Shown: in pieces, positions 36,422-48,552 of the stretch | Layout of the letters: every line of letters starts with the position of its first letter | How positions within the stretch are numbered: the stretch's first letter is position 1 | Source: Ancylonema sp. | Lineage: Eukaryota | Reading direction: 5' to 3' | NCBI GenBank assembly: GCA_050230475.1 | Contig: JBFLGF010000091.1 | Location: forward strand, 1-64,000 | Length of the DNA stretch: 64,000 nt | Program-made: the position numbers and the translations under genes | The notes under the pieces: generated by a model | What the model saw: only the letters and a program-made list of their open reading frames with translations | Databases searched by the model: none | Told to the model about the DNA's origin: nothing

Positions 36422-39400
36422 CTCCCCCCTTCAAAAACAGCACGAATTTTCCGAAGCTCTACGATGTAATCAGGGTCCACTCCTGATGAAACCGCCCCAT
36501 GGATGAGCAGATTGAGATACCGGCGGGAGGGGGGCAGCTCGAGCCAACGAGGGAGGAACTGACGGGATCGGGGATTGGTGTGAAAAGTGACAGCCTGTCA
36601 AATGCGGGGGTGCATAGTGATTTCGCCTTAGTGATCCTGAATATAAGAAACATTCTTATAAGAGACTATTCACACATCCCCCCCTCTCTCCTCTGGGGGG
36701 GGTGGGGGGTGAGGGGGGTGTGTATACAGAATGTCATGCCTACACTAAATTGTGATTCTGATTTTGATTTTGATTTTAAGAAAAAAAAATCCAGGAATTT
36801 TTGATCTTCTTACATTGACATTCATTGCACCCCAAGCATGATACAAGTCGTAAAGCCGAGGAGTGGCAGCAATCTGAACATGTGAATGGACAAGAAGTGA
36901 GTAGGGTGGGCTACGACAAGTTTGTATTTATTAGGGTTTTTTAACAGATTATACTCTATAATTTTTATTTTTATTTTTTCTTCCAGGATTTATTTTTCTC
37001 TGACTGTACTTGGTCAGAAGGTGACAAGTATGGGAACCTACCATCACCAATGCATGTCATGGAGGAAGATGGACATAATATTTTTGTATCTCAACTTCGC
37101 ATCAGAATTCGTTTCCAATTTTCCTACCCGGACCACGCGTGTGGTGCAAGTATGAACGTGCGACAGAAGTGACAATGGAAGAAATGGTGGAAGGTTGTGA
37201 CGACAGATCGCCGCCAGCATCAGCACAGGTAGAAAGAGAGAATGGAATAGAGAACAGTTTTTTCGGTAGTGGGGGGGGGGGGAGGTAGGGGGAGATGGAT
37301 AATAATGAGTACCCCACCTCCACTTTTTTCCCGTCATATGTGTTCACGGTTACCAACTGTTCCAGATACGCCCTCCCCTCGCCACTACCTCCGCCTTCAG
37401 TCCTGTGCAGAACAAGGGGGGGGGGGGATATTATTGAGTAAAAGATAGGCTACTCGTACGTTGAATAAAAATTGGCAAAACATGTGCTGAGTTGACACCC
37501 AAAAAAGTATGAGCGTGAAACTCTTACGTCCTACCCAGTTCTCTGCATTCCACCTCCTGTATGACACTCAAAACATGACGTTGAAGAATCGTTCATCATC
37601 ACCTGCAAGTGAGCACATGTGTATGTACGTACACGCAGCATGATGTCATCATTCCGTACATGGTTTGTAGAAACTATATGTGTAACGAAAACAACATGCC
37701 GCGATTTCAAAGGATGGATAATGATGTCAGTTGAACGTGACATCATTGAGACAGGCTGGACGTCAATAAATACAAACAGACTAGTCAACAGAGTCGACCA
37801 AAACAAAGAAAGAGAGAGAGAAAGAAGGAAGGAATGAAAAAAGCGGCGTGGCCTGGCGATCGCATCAGGTAGGGGCTAAATAATAATGGCTCACATACCA
37901 AAATTCGATCCCTCTCCATGAGTATCTTACCTCACCCCAAATATCCCTAACCTTGACCTCCAGTTCCCTCAGCCTGAGTTTAGACCTCCACCTTACCCAA
38001 ACATACCAAACAATGAAAGAAAAGGGAAAATAGAAAAGGGACAGACAGTTTCCCCTGAAGTAACTACAATACGATAAAACCGATTGCTTTCATCCATATA
38101 TTTTCATACGAGATCGTTGTGATCCGATTAGCCGAGTCCGATTGTTACACCCCCCATTCTCAAACCCCATTATTATTTCCCCCACACATTATTATTTCCC
38201 CCCATTATTGTTTCCTTGTTTCCCTCACATGTACAGCAGCTCGTATTCCCCCCTCTCCATTGCAACCAGCAGTCCATGTGTGCGACTGCCACCCTCCCTC
38301 TCCATGCTGCCCATACACGGCTCGACAGGTGGCAGGCAGAGGAGGTTGAAGGCAAGGCGATGATCCAACACGTACCCAGGCTCGGCGGCCAGTAGAGGGA
38401 TGCCACCTGGCGGCAGACGGGGCGGGGGGAATACAGAGCCCATAGTTGTTGGGGTGGAAGGTTGCAGGTCGTTCCTCTTTGTATAGGAACATCTTGCATG
38501 AAAGCACCAATAGATGAGGAGATGGGGAGTAATATGAAGATATATTATACCAAAGATAAAGACACATTGTTCACCCAGATACTTCATTTAGGTACCAGCA
38601 TCTAGGGGGCTTTGTATGTATTTTATGTATGTATTTTATAGTCTTCCCTTGATAAAGCCGCACATTTCAGGTTGAATCACCATTTACTGCCACGTAAGGT
38701 CGTGGTCTAGCCACGTGTTGCCAATGACGAGGTTTCTGACGACTTCTGTTTTGAGTTGGTTCTGGGTTACGAATTTCAGGTTCATGTTCGGCAGGTTGCG
38801 GGTTTCACCTCACCTCCCCTGGACTGCAGTTTTTGGACCCCCATGTTCGATCCGAACGCGAAGTAATGGACTTTATCCGCATACACGGCCGGGGGACGAT
38901 TTTTATATCCTAAGATTACACTCCAGGGGGTCCACACGCGTGGCCGGGCATTCCCACAGGCCGTCACACTACCGATTTTGGAGGATATTTTAGTAAAGGA
39001 TTTCGCGTATAGACATCTCTCGAGTGTTCTTTTGGTTGATGACTGAGAATCTGGACTGGGGGCAGGTCTAGATACAGATACTAGAGGTGGACGTGACGGC
39101 TGTATGAAGGGCAGGGAGAGGAAGTCGGAATCGGTCGGATCTGCGGAATTCGTGGATGTCGATGTGGAGGCTGACGTAGATGGTACGGATGTGGTACGCG
39201 ACTGTGTTGTGGAGATGTGAGCTCTGTGGGCGGCATAGATTGGGGGGGTTGATCTGACGGGACTGGATGGTGCAGACGTATACAATTGGCTTGGGTGTGT
39301 TGTCTCGGTCAAACGGTGCCGTAAAGATGACACGAGCTGTTTCGGTGAGCGGGATTGTGGAGTCAGGGGGGCGACATAGACGTATGAATTGCAGGATACG

Positions 39401-39462
39401 TGCAGATCTGGTGAAGGGGCAAGAAACGTAGGACGTGCTCTAATTGATTGTACAATCCGCAT
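36422..39462 (-). CDS. Gamma-glutamylcyclotransferase / AIG2-like fold protein with long S/T/P-rich N-terminal extension; last exon unresolved
   Basis: Phase-compatible exons 39462-38814, 38406-38229, 37402-37318, 36594-~36422. Motifs HYFAFGSNM, HRLAFN, LYMTEG...Y, PSRRYLNLLIHGA..GVDPDYI. Confidence 0.82.
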
Positions 39463-40307
39463 GTCGCGAGGGGTTTTCTGGTTCAAGTCTGATGTACTTT
39501 GTTGCCCATGTCTATGATTCCCTTCCCGTGGACCTCACCTTCGGATAGAAAAAAGAGCATGAAATAACTTTACAAACCTCATAAATTCTTTCGGCTCCGC
39601 ACGAAGGCAGGCTCCCTAAACTGCTGCCGCGTGTCCGAATTTACTTGCTATTCGTGAACCACCTTATTCCATCGATCGCTTCTCTGTCTGTCCCCGCGAC
39701 GTCGTCTGTCAGCCAGAAGCTTTGTTGCTGTGAACAAAACTCCGAGAAGATGGTGGTCACGTGTCTCAACGTCCGGACGTCCGGTACCGTTCCTAGTCAA
39801 CGGGTCAACGGGATTGGGATTGGTCATTGGGCGCATGAGCGAAAGAGCGCATGAGGCCAGGCCACGCGTTTCGGAACAAGTTTTGGGGAGACGCCTGACC
39901 GGTTATCTGCGGAGAAGGATGAAGTCAGACCCTGGGGTTCAGAAAGTTTTTGTCCGGCCGCGTCCGATTCTGCGGCATCAAGATGGGCACATCTCCTGCA
40001 GGAAGGTTTATAACTCTGACCGTGCAGATGCAGCGGCAATGCGGTGTCAGGGGGTGAGGGCATGAGATAAACTTAGTCATTAAGCAATGGCGACACAGAA
40101 CATTAGGTACCGTATATAACCCTCGCACACGAAGGTGTTTTCAGAATTCAGAGTCTGAATTCAGAGTTTAAGAATTCTGTAAATCTTACCCCGCACTATT
40201 TTCGACACTGCACTGTCGCGCCAACGTTCTTCCGGCAATTGGACTTGTGATATTAAGAGCCTGCATTTATCTGCCCCTGGCTGCCCGCGTATCTGCTACA
40301 AATCGTC

Positions 40308-43300
40308 ATGGTGGGAGGTGGCAGCGTGCAGAAGAATAAAGCTCACAAGACTCGCTTCTCATCTAAGAGTCAACGAACTAAGCACAAGATCGAGAAAGGT
40401 AACATCGTAAAATATTCGACATGCTCCCGATGTATGCGCGAGGTGCTTGAAGCAACTGCATGCATATAGTTGCTGGTAATTGGATCAGTTGTCTGCCAAT
40501 TAGGATTGCCTCATTTGGATTAAACGCTCTTCAGCTGTGTTTTCAAGGTTGTTTACTCGAGACATTGTGCTGATCTGCTCGCAATCTTCCGCGATTCACC
40601 CCAAACTGTGAAGATAGTCGCTCGGTGCTGTTTTTGCCCCTTCGTTCGTGCTGACATCTGTCGCATCGACTGTCTACTGTCTACTCGCAGAAACTGGCGG
40701 GCCAGCTGTCGCTCACAGAGCAGCCTCCCAGTCCAATGGAGCGAAAGCAAAATCTCTGCGACTCAATCGCAATAAGACGGTACGGCGTGTTACCGTCCAG
40801 TATGTACGATATGTGCGGTCCGACCCCTTACCATAAATCCTTTTGACAGAGAAAATATGCTTTATGGGCCACCTGTTCCTCCTCAGCGTCACATATTGCG
40901 CAATCCTTCCATAACTTCCTCCCCCTCTCTCACAGTCTCGTTGCAGACTTTTCCGACCTCCTCCTTTCTCATCTTGAACATTCCACTTTCCTTTCTAGAG
41001 GCTTTCAATGTACCCCCGAACGTCTCGTTAACCTACTGTTTCTCTGACAAAGCCTAACCGCTCCCTTCCCATTTCTCTCGTTTGCCTTCTCTCTCGCATT
41101 TCATCCCTCTCCCTCACTCCCCCCCTCCCCTTCTCGTCCTCGCAGCTTCGTGAGTCGAAACGAGCCAAGGTTTTGGAGAGCAAGCGATCGCAGATGGGAC
41201 CCAGTGCCGCTCCTCGAATCATGGCAAGTGCCTTTATGGAGGCTTCTCTATTTGCTCGATTGAGGCACGGATGGGAGTCCGAGAATAGTAGAAAATGCGG
41301 GATTGGGGTTGCATGCACATCGTTTGGCTCTCACTCTCATATGAACCTCACTTTCTTTCAATGTATGCAGAGAAAGAATCTGGTGAAGGTTGTAACTTTA
41401 GAGTTGTTGCGGCTAGTTCCGGGAGTGACAGATTCAACGTTAGTCTTCTTGATGGTTCGAAGGACGGCCTAATATGTCGGTGGACTAGAGATGATGGTAC
41501 TGTTATTTTGGCTGTTTGTGGTGCAGGTGCTATTGGCGCTTTCTGAAGCAGTCAACGTGGACCGTCTCCAGTCAACGCTGATGTCAGCGTGCAAGGCGGC
41601 TGCGGGTGATGACGCAAGAGGGGTGCACACTGAGTCAGCAGAAGCAAATGATGCGTCAGAGATGGAGACCGGGGAGAGTGACAAATGGCAACACGCCGTT
41701 GGTTCCGTGGGATCCACTGGTCTAGGTGGCGCAACGACAGTGGCTCTCCCAAAACTCAAACTGCGGCTCACGGTCAGTCGGGGGTGACTCACGAGTGGTT
41801 GACTCTCTTGGCTGACTTCTAGTCTTGACCTGAAGCAGTGACCGGTTGTGAAAGTGGTACTGTTGATGCTGACATAGCATAGGGGTTTTGTACAATTGCA
41901 CTGTTAAAACTATCTGGATCTGGGCCTGATCCTGACCCTGATTCTGTGTTGGTTGGTTTTATTCAGATCCTTCCTGTACGGACCGGGGATGTGAGGCAGT
42001 GTCTGGAAGCGATCAAGGTTGGGGGGGGGTTGGATCGGGGAGGGCGGGTCGAGAGATCAAACAGTTTTTTTCGGGGGAGATGTGCCCTCGCAGAAATTTC
42101 AGAAACTGAAGTTGGGGAAAAAACAAAAATAACAAATGTGCAAACCCAATGTGCAGTTTCTGTTTTCTTTCTTATTTAGGGGGCGAGTTCCCATGTCGAA
42201 CGCATGCGTCTTTTTCTATGCTCTATCGAATAAGAATAGGGTCTGGACCTGGTTTCTTGTGATAGCCAGCTCATCACCCGTAAGCCCCCTCTGCCGCCCC
42301 CCGTTCCCCTCCCCCCAACTATTTCATCAACAGGTCGCTGACGTCATCGCCTTTGCGGTGCCCGCAGTGCCGCCACCTGGCGCATCTGAGTCCCGCCACC
42401 TGGACGAGTGGGGCAAGAAGGTGTTGACCTTCATTCGAGCTCAGGGTCTGCCAGCTGGCGTCGGTCTGGTGCAGGGCCTCGCTGACGTGGCACCCAAGAA
42501 GAAGTCGGAAGCCAAGAAGGCAGCGGGGGCTGCAATCTCCGCGCAGTTTCCGGACGAGATGAAGAGTTTTGGGGCGGATTCGGGAGAGGAGTGGCAGCAG
42601 GTAGAGGGGGGAGTGTTTGTATCTGCTAGGTCAGGGATTCCTATTGCGGGCAAGCCGATATTTATTTGCTGATGTGTATGTGTATCGATGAGGCTCGAGG
42701 AAGGAGAAGGTACTGAAAATCTGATGAAGTTGAAGCGCATCCCCTCATTGCTACAAATGTGTACTCCTCGGTTACTATCACTAATCGAGCAGTACCCAAC
42801 CCGTCATAACGGTACCGACCCGTTTTGATGGTCCCAATCCGTGAACCCGTCCTACGATTCCTTGGACCTCCATCTTATCCACCACTCTGTGCCGATCCCT
42901 CCTCCCACAGATTTTGCGCCACCTGTCAGAGCAGCGGATGAGCCCGCCCGTGTGGCGCGCCCAGAGGCCGTATGTGATGGCACAGCAGGTAACGCCTCCC
43001 CCACAGGAATTCTGCCTGTTTAATGTTCTCTCTGAAGTTATTTCTCCGCAATAATCTAGGACATGACGACTACCGTAATAGCACAACACATCTCTCCGTT
43101 GGCAAGCGTGCCTTCGATATAACGGCTCCATGGGGAAGACGACGAGATCTTTCGATTTTCTTCCACATGCTCTTCTTGTTGCATCAAGAAGAGAACGGTT
43201 TTCAATATGCTCAAGATACCAAAACATTCCGGAAATCTGTTAGTTCGGATACAGATGCTAGATATCATACAGAAGGAGAACTTCACTAACTAATGGATTG

Positions 43301-46300
43301 AAAACAAATCTATTCTTTGTATCTGAAAAGAGGGGCTGTTGGGGTTGCTTATGGGATGACGTCATCAGATGCAGTACGTGGCCAGCGTGACGTCACCCGA
43401 TGTCGGTGCGCTGACGGTGTCGGGCTACATCCGTGGGAGGGCCATGTGTGTCAATCACGTGGTGAGGAGACGACACCTGGCAGATGCCCTGGGTGCCACG
43501 TAGGGGGGTAGGGACGGTGGTGTGGACTGTTCAACCTGGCATAGACATACACGTATGTATATGTCTATGTCTATGTATATACATATGTGGTGTGCGTTTG
43601 CTCGTGTCCCGTACACATGCATACATCGTCTAAGTCGGTTTCATATCGGCGCAGGTCCACGTGGCCAGTCTGGGAGATTGCCACCTGTCCCTCATCGAGG
43701 GCCCAGAGGACCCATGCCCCTTGGTCAGACTTCAGCACAAGGGTGTCGACGTGGCAATGATGGACGCTGAGTCAGCAGGGGCTACCGTCCCCATCCTAGC
43801 TCGCGCGGACGCTTCCCGTGACCCAATCGTGGTCGAGAACCGTCCGGATCCTCTGGAGGGGGAGCAGACGTGGCCGACAGAGGAGGAGATGGCGGCGGCA
43901 GGGGGGGGACAGGAGAAAAAATCAGGGAAGAGAGTGCCCAGGGGACCGTCCAGCTATCAGGTAGAGGAAAGGGGGATGGGTGTGTGTCAGGATTCGGGGT
44001 CAGGTGTTTTTACCAGAGGACGCCGTAGGGAGTGGCAGGGGGGTCCTGTCGGTGGGTCGGGTATGTTGACAGGTGGCACAATGACGTGGTGTGACCTGGG
44101 CCAGCTGTATAACCCCCTACATCTATATTCTTCCCTTCTTTTCAGGCTGCGTGGTATATTGGGGAGTCGGATGAAGAGGAGGAGGAGGAGGAAGAGGGGG
44201 AGGAGGGTGAGGATGCAAGGATGGGGGGTGGGGAGGGGGGAGGTGGGGGTGCGGTTGGCGAAGGCGAGGGGGATGGCGAGGTGGAGGAGGAGTGGGAGGA
44301 TTTGGACGACCTGAAGAGTCGATCGGGAACGTCCGTGTGGGGCGAGGAGGACAGGAACCGAATGGAGGTGAGACTCACATCCACTCACGCACTTTTTTTT
44401 GAGGGGGTGGGATGGGGGGGTGATGTCAATCGTGTTCTCCGACGACATCACTGTGTTCTCGGATGACGTCAGCATTCGGGTGATGCGACACTGAATCGGG
44501 TGTGGTCGTTGCTTACGTCAGGAGGACGAGGAGATGACGTCAGCGCAACGGGAAGTGGATCGTAAGCGGTTGAAAGAAGCGCACAGGGCGGACCAAGGTA
44601 GGGGAAAGGGGGGGGCATGTCGGGGGGGGGGAAATAGTGAGGATTGGACATTTGGCAGGGTGATCATCTGAGGGGGGGGGTGGGAATGCGTTCAGGTGTT
44701 TACTTCTGCCACTGTTTGCCACATTTCTGCCACTTGTTGTCTTCTCTGCCATTAGTTTTTCCACTCATGTTGTTTTCCATTTTGTGGGGTGTGTGTGTGT
44801 GTTTCAGAGTTTCCTGATGAGGTGGACACTCCGTTTGACACCTCCGCCCGTCAGCGTTTTGCCAAGTACCGTGGACTGAAGTCGTTTAGGAGCTCGCCCT
44901 GGGATGACAAGGTGAGGGTGGGGGGAGGGTTGTGGTGTTCTAATGTTTGGCCATGTGTTCACAGTTCATGTGCTTTTACTTGGGGGGGGTGAAGAGTGTC
45001 AGTTGATTTCCTGGGGAGGATGTCAGCTGCTTGTGTTCCGCAGCTTTTTATGGGTTTAATTTGGGTCCTATTTTGGGTAACACATTGGTCCATTTTTCCT
45101 GCTTCTTGTTCTTCTCATACCGGAATATAGATCATCAAAAAATACATTATGAACAAATATAAATATCAACCGATGTAAGAATCAATACGACGTGACTGGT
45201 CTGCACCACCAACTCTTACGAGTCAATAATATTACTCTGAATAACATCACGAAAACCAATAGCAGTCATAATCTCATCTCATTTTTGTTTCCATCTCAAA
45301 TCCATTTTTTCATGTGGTGTTCAGGAGCAACTCCCTCAGGAGTACTCCCGAATTTTCGCCCTGGACAACCCCAAGCGAACCCACAAAACTGCCCTGGCAC
45401 GGGCGGGGAAAGTGGACAGCGGGGAGGTGGGGGGGGGGGTGGCGGTGGGACCGTACGTCAGGTTACACCTGGAGGGGGTGACAAGGGCGGCAGCAGGTGA
45501 AAACAACAGAAGGGGGCGGGAGAGAGAGATAGAGTAAAAGGAGAGGACAGTGGTGGTATAAGTTGCTTCTTCTTCGTCGTCTTACGTTTTTCTTGTGGTT
45601 TCTTTCTCCAAATTTACAATGATTTGTACGGTCTTTGCAAGGTCTACAGAGGGGTGCGTTTTGGATCATCAGTATCATTTTGTTTCAGGTCTGCACTTGC
45701 CGTCCTACACAGGGTATATTTTGTTATATATGTCGGATACCTACGGAATCATGCGACAACATGTCCCCTAAACCTCCTCCCATCTCTCTCTTCCTCCCCC
45801 CTTGTATTCCTTGCGTCAGAGGCTCTTTCCGAGGAAGCTTCCCGGCAAGCGGTGGTCGTTTGCGGTCTCCTCAACCACGAAACCAAAATGTCGGTGGTGC
45901 ATTTTGGGGTGAAGAAGAGCGAGGGGTTTGCGGAGCCGATACCCTCCAAACAGCAACTCAACTTCCACTGCGGGTTCAGGAGATTCACAGCCAGGTGAGG
46001 AAATCAAGGGGGGGGGGGTGGTACTTACATGTGCGATGATAAAGAAAACAGTGGATCACTGTTACTTTGTGTAGGGTTTTCATGATACGTGTACGTAATG
46101 TTGGATAAGTTATCACGTGTGTACAGAATAGGAGGAAGGTGTGCAATAATGATGGGTTATTGAAAATGTATGGAGACCGAATAATATTGATTATGGTCTG
46201 TCTTATCCTTGTCCCCCTTTTATTTCTCTGTGATGATTATCATATTGATGACGAGACTGAGCGTTTTGTCCGTTTCCGTCCAGCTGTCCTCCTATGGATG

Positions 46301-48552
46301 GAGAGTTTTTCTCCGGCCAATCAGGAGGCGGCTTTTTGGGACGGGCAGCCGGGGGTGAAAAAACTCTTTTGGGTTTTTTTTCCCCCGGTGCTGTGACGTC
46401 GAAACGAGGCATTTGTCTGAGAGAAACTAACTGGACTGGATAACATACATCTACGGTATAGAGACGAGTAGATAAATATACGCAACACAGATCTGGATGG
46501 TCAATGTGCAGGTCGTAATTATTGTGAAGGTCTCAAAATTTGGGGCAGTTTTTAAAACCTACTTTGCAGTGCGTTGAGGGGGGTTAGGTATCTGCGGTGT
46601 TCACCACTGGTGTTGCCCACTACAGGGGCTAAATGTTGAGAATTTGGGTGTCCGTTTTCAGGTTTCGGGCTTGTCTGAAATTCCAGTTGGTTCATGTTGT
46701 CCTGTGTGTTTGTTGTTGTCCTGGGATGATCTCTTCCATTATCACGACGGTCATCTGAGCACCCGCTGTGAGCGATAACCGCTTTATGGAACACAATTCT
46801 GAGGCCAAGACCAACAACAACAACAACAAGGACCCAAAACAATAAATAAATAATTCACCCACCTCTACAGTGGTACTCCCATCTTTTACCCCCGCACATT
46901 CTTTATACTGCATCTATACTCCCACATCATACCCCCTTCCCCCCCATCTCCCCCATCCCCTCCACCCCCCCCCCCCAAACCCCCCAGACCCATCTTCTCA
47001 TCCGACGACTTGAACCTCGATAAGCACAAACTGGAGCGGTTTCTGAGACCTCAGTGTTTTGCAATCGCGTCCGTATTTGCGCCGATCCAGTTTGGCCCCC
47101 TCCCTCTCATGCTTTTCCGAGAGGGTGGGGGGGAGTTGGTGTTGGCGGGGGCGGGGTCGTTGAGGGGGGTGGATCCGGACAGGATCATCCTGAAGAGGAT
47201 TGTGCTGTCAGGGTGAGGGGGGGGGGGGGGGGAGGGAGATTTTTTGTGGTACCATAAGAAAGGAGTGAGGTGTGGGGGTTTTGCCTCCCGTTTCTTACTC
47301 TCTCTGGTTCTGGCTGACTCTTTTTTTTTTCCTTGTCCGCTTTGGTCTGTTTATTTGGCTTCTTGTTCTCTGTTTTGTTTTTTTGTTTTTTACTTGATTT
47401 TTCATTGTTTGTTTTTTGTTCGTCTTTTTTTTTTTTGGGTGTTTTCAATGCAACTCACATTAGATACGTCTTATCTCCTTCGAAATTAGAATCTGCTTCA
47501 TGATGAAATGAATGACAATTATGACAACCGCACCCAGTGGGACCCTTTCCGCACACCCCCCCCCCCCCTCCTCACACCCCCCCATTTGTATCCTGTTTCC
47601 TTTTCCCTCCCCCCAGTTACCCTCTGAGCGTTTCCAAGCGCAAGGCCGTGGTGAAGTACATGTTCCACAAACCGGAGGACGTGCGATGGTTCAAGGTAAG
47701 AAGAGAACGAACGTTGACCGTTGACCGTTGACCGTTGACCGTGCGGTCTGTGCATCTGTTGACGGAATGCAGTAGTTGATTGGGGGGTAAGTGGGACAAC
47801 GGCAGGGGTTTTGGAGGAGAAGAACTGGGGGGAGGATAGTTTGTTACACTGAATGCATTCCACATTTGATTGTTTCGTCATTTGTGGAGTAGGTTGTTTT
47901 GGTATCTTTCTTCCCGAGTTGGCCAGATTTCGAGAAGATCTTGTCATTATTTTGGACGATTTTCAGTCGAGTGGAAGCATATATGAAACGATATGAGGTA
48001 GTGATGAGTAACATGTTACAAATATAGATCATCACACAACCACAAAGGAAAACATCATTTGTTGGTCAAATTGTTCCTCCAACCATCCTGGAATCTGGTG
48101 GTGGGGATCTGTTTTCCAGCCTGTGGATCTGTGGACTAAGTACGGAAGGAGAGGGAGAATAAGAGAACCAATCGGAGACAAAGGTGAGGGGGGCTAGAAT
48201 CATGGGGGGGGGGGAGGGGAAGGGGGAGAGTGAACGTTGCAGTTTTTTCTGAGGCTGAGCCAGAGCCTGCAGTTGTCTCCTTTTCATTTTTGGGATGGCC
48301 ATGAGGGGGTGGGGGTATGGGGGCGGATTTTTGTTGACCTTCGTTTTGTTTTCAGATTGCCCTCTACTGGACTGTACAGGAGGGTATCACAAAACTGTAC
48401 CGAGGTGATTTACATTTGGGTTGTGTGTTTCTCCAGGCAACATGAAGTGCATTTTCGACGGTGTGGTCCAACAACGGGACGCCGTTTGCCTCAGTCTCTA
48501 CAAACGAGTGTTCCCAAAATGGCCACTGCCAACGCAAGAGGGGGGAGGGTGA
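40308..48552 (+). CDS. TSR1: Pre-rRNA-processing protein TSR1 homolog (40S biogenesis factor), 18 exons
   Basis: Exons 40308-40398, 40691-40779, 41146-41223, 41527-41772, 41967-42017, 42334-42600, 42911-42988, 43369/43375-43461, 43655-43960, 44146-44367, 44522-44597, 44808-44911, 45325-45496, 45820-45994, 46988-47212, 47617-47695, 48120-48183, 48437-48552. Motifs [75 protein letters not shown]. Confidence 0.96.
46223..46426 (+). ncRNA. U15: Box C/D snoRNA, U15 (SNORD15)-like double guide, in TSR1 intron 14
   Basis: Terminal stem TTTCTC/GAGAAA; box C GTGATGA 46230-46236; guide GATGACGAG before D' CTGA 46257-46260; guide ACGAGGCATTTG before D CTGA 46417-46420. Both guides complement the conserved LSU rRNA segment CCAAAUGCCUCGUCAUC. 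Confidence 0.9.
46720..46804 (+). ncRNA. U35: Box C/D snoRNA, U35/snR73-like, in TSR1 intron 14
   Basis: Variant box C GGGATGA 46723-46729; guide TCACGACGGTC 46742-46752 complements LSU rRNA GACCGUCGUGA; D' CTGA 46755-46758; D CTGA 46799-46802; flanked by a GTTGTTGT/ACAACAAC external stem. Confidence 0.8.

Noticed and set aside
43020..43330. Telomerase RNA, RNase MRP, SRP RNA or TPP riboswitch as the identity of the intron-7 structure
   Set aside because: No telomere template, MRP conserved regions, SRP helix-8 motif or TPP consensus recognised.
45610..45765. Possible H/ACA snoRNAs in TSR1 introns (also near 41400, 46020 and 48000)
   Set aside because: Hairpins are present, but no complete hairpin-H-hairpin-ACA layout or rRNA target could be established by eye.
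46223..46426. U3 snoRNA or MITE as the identity of the ~200-bp duplicated element
   Set aside because: No U3 box A/18S-pairing 5' domain and no TSD; both guides match LSU rRNA in the U15 pattern.
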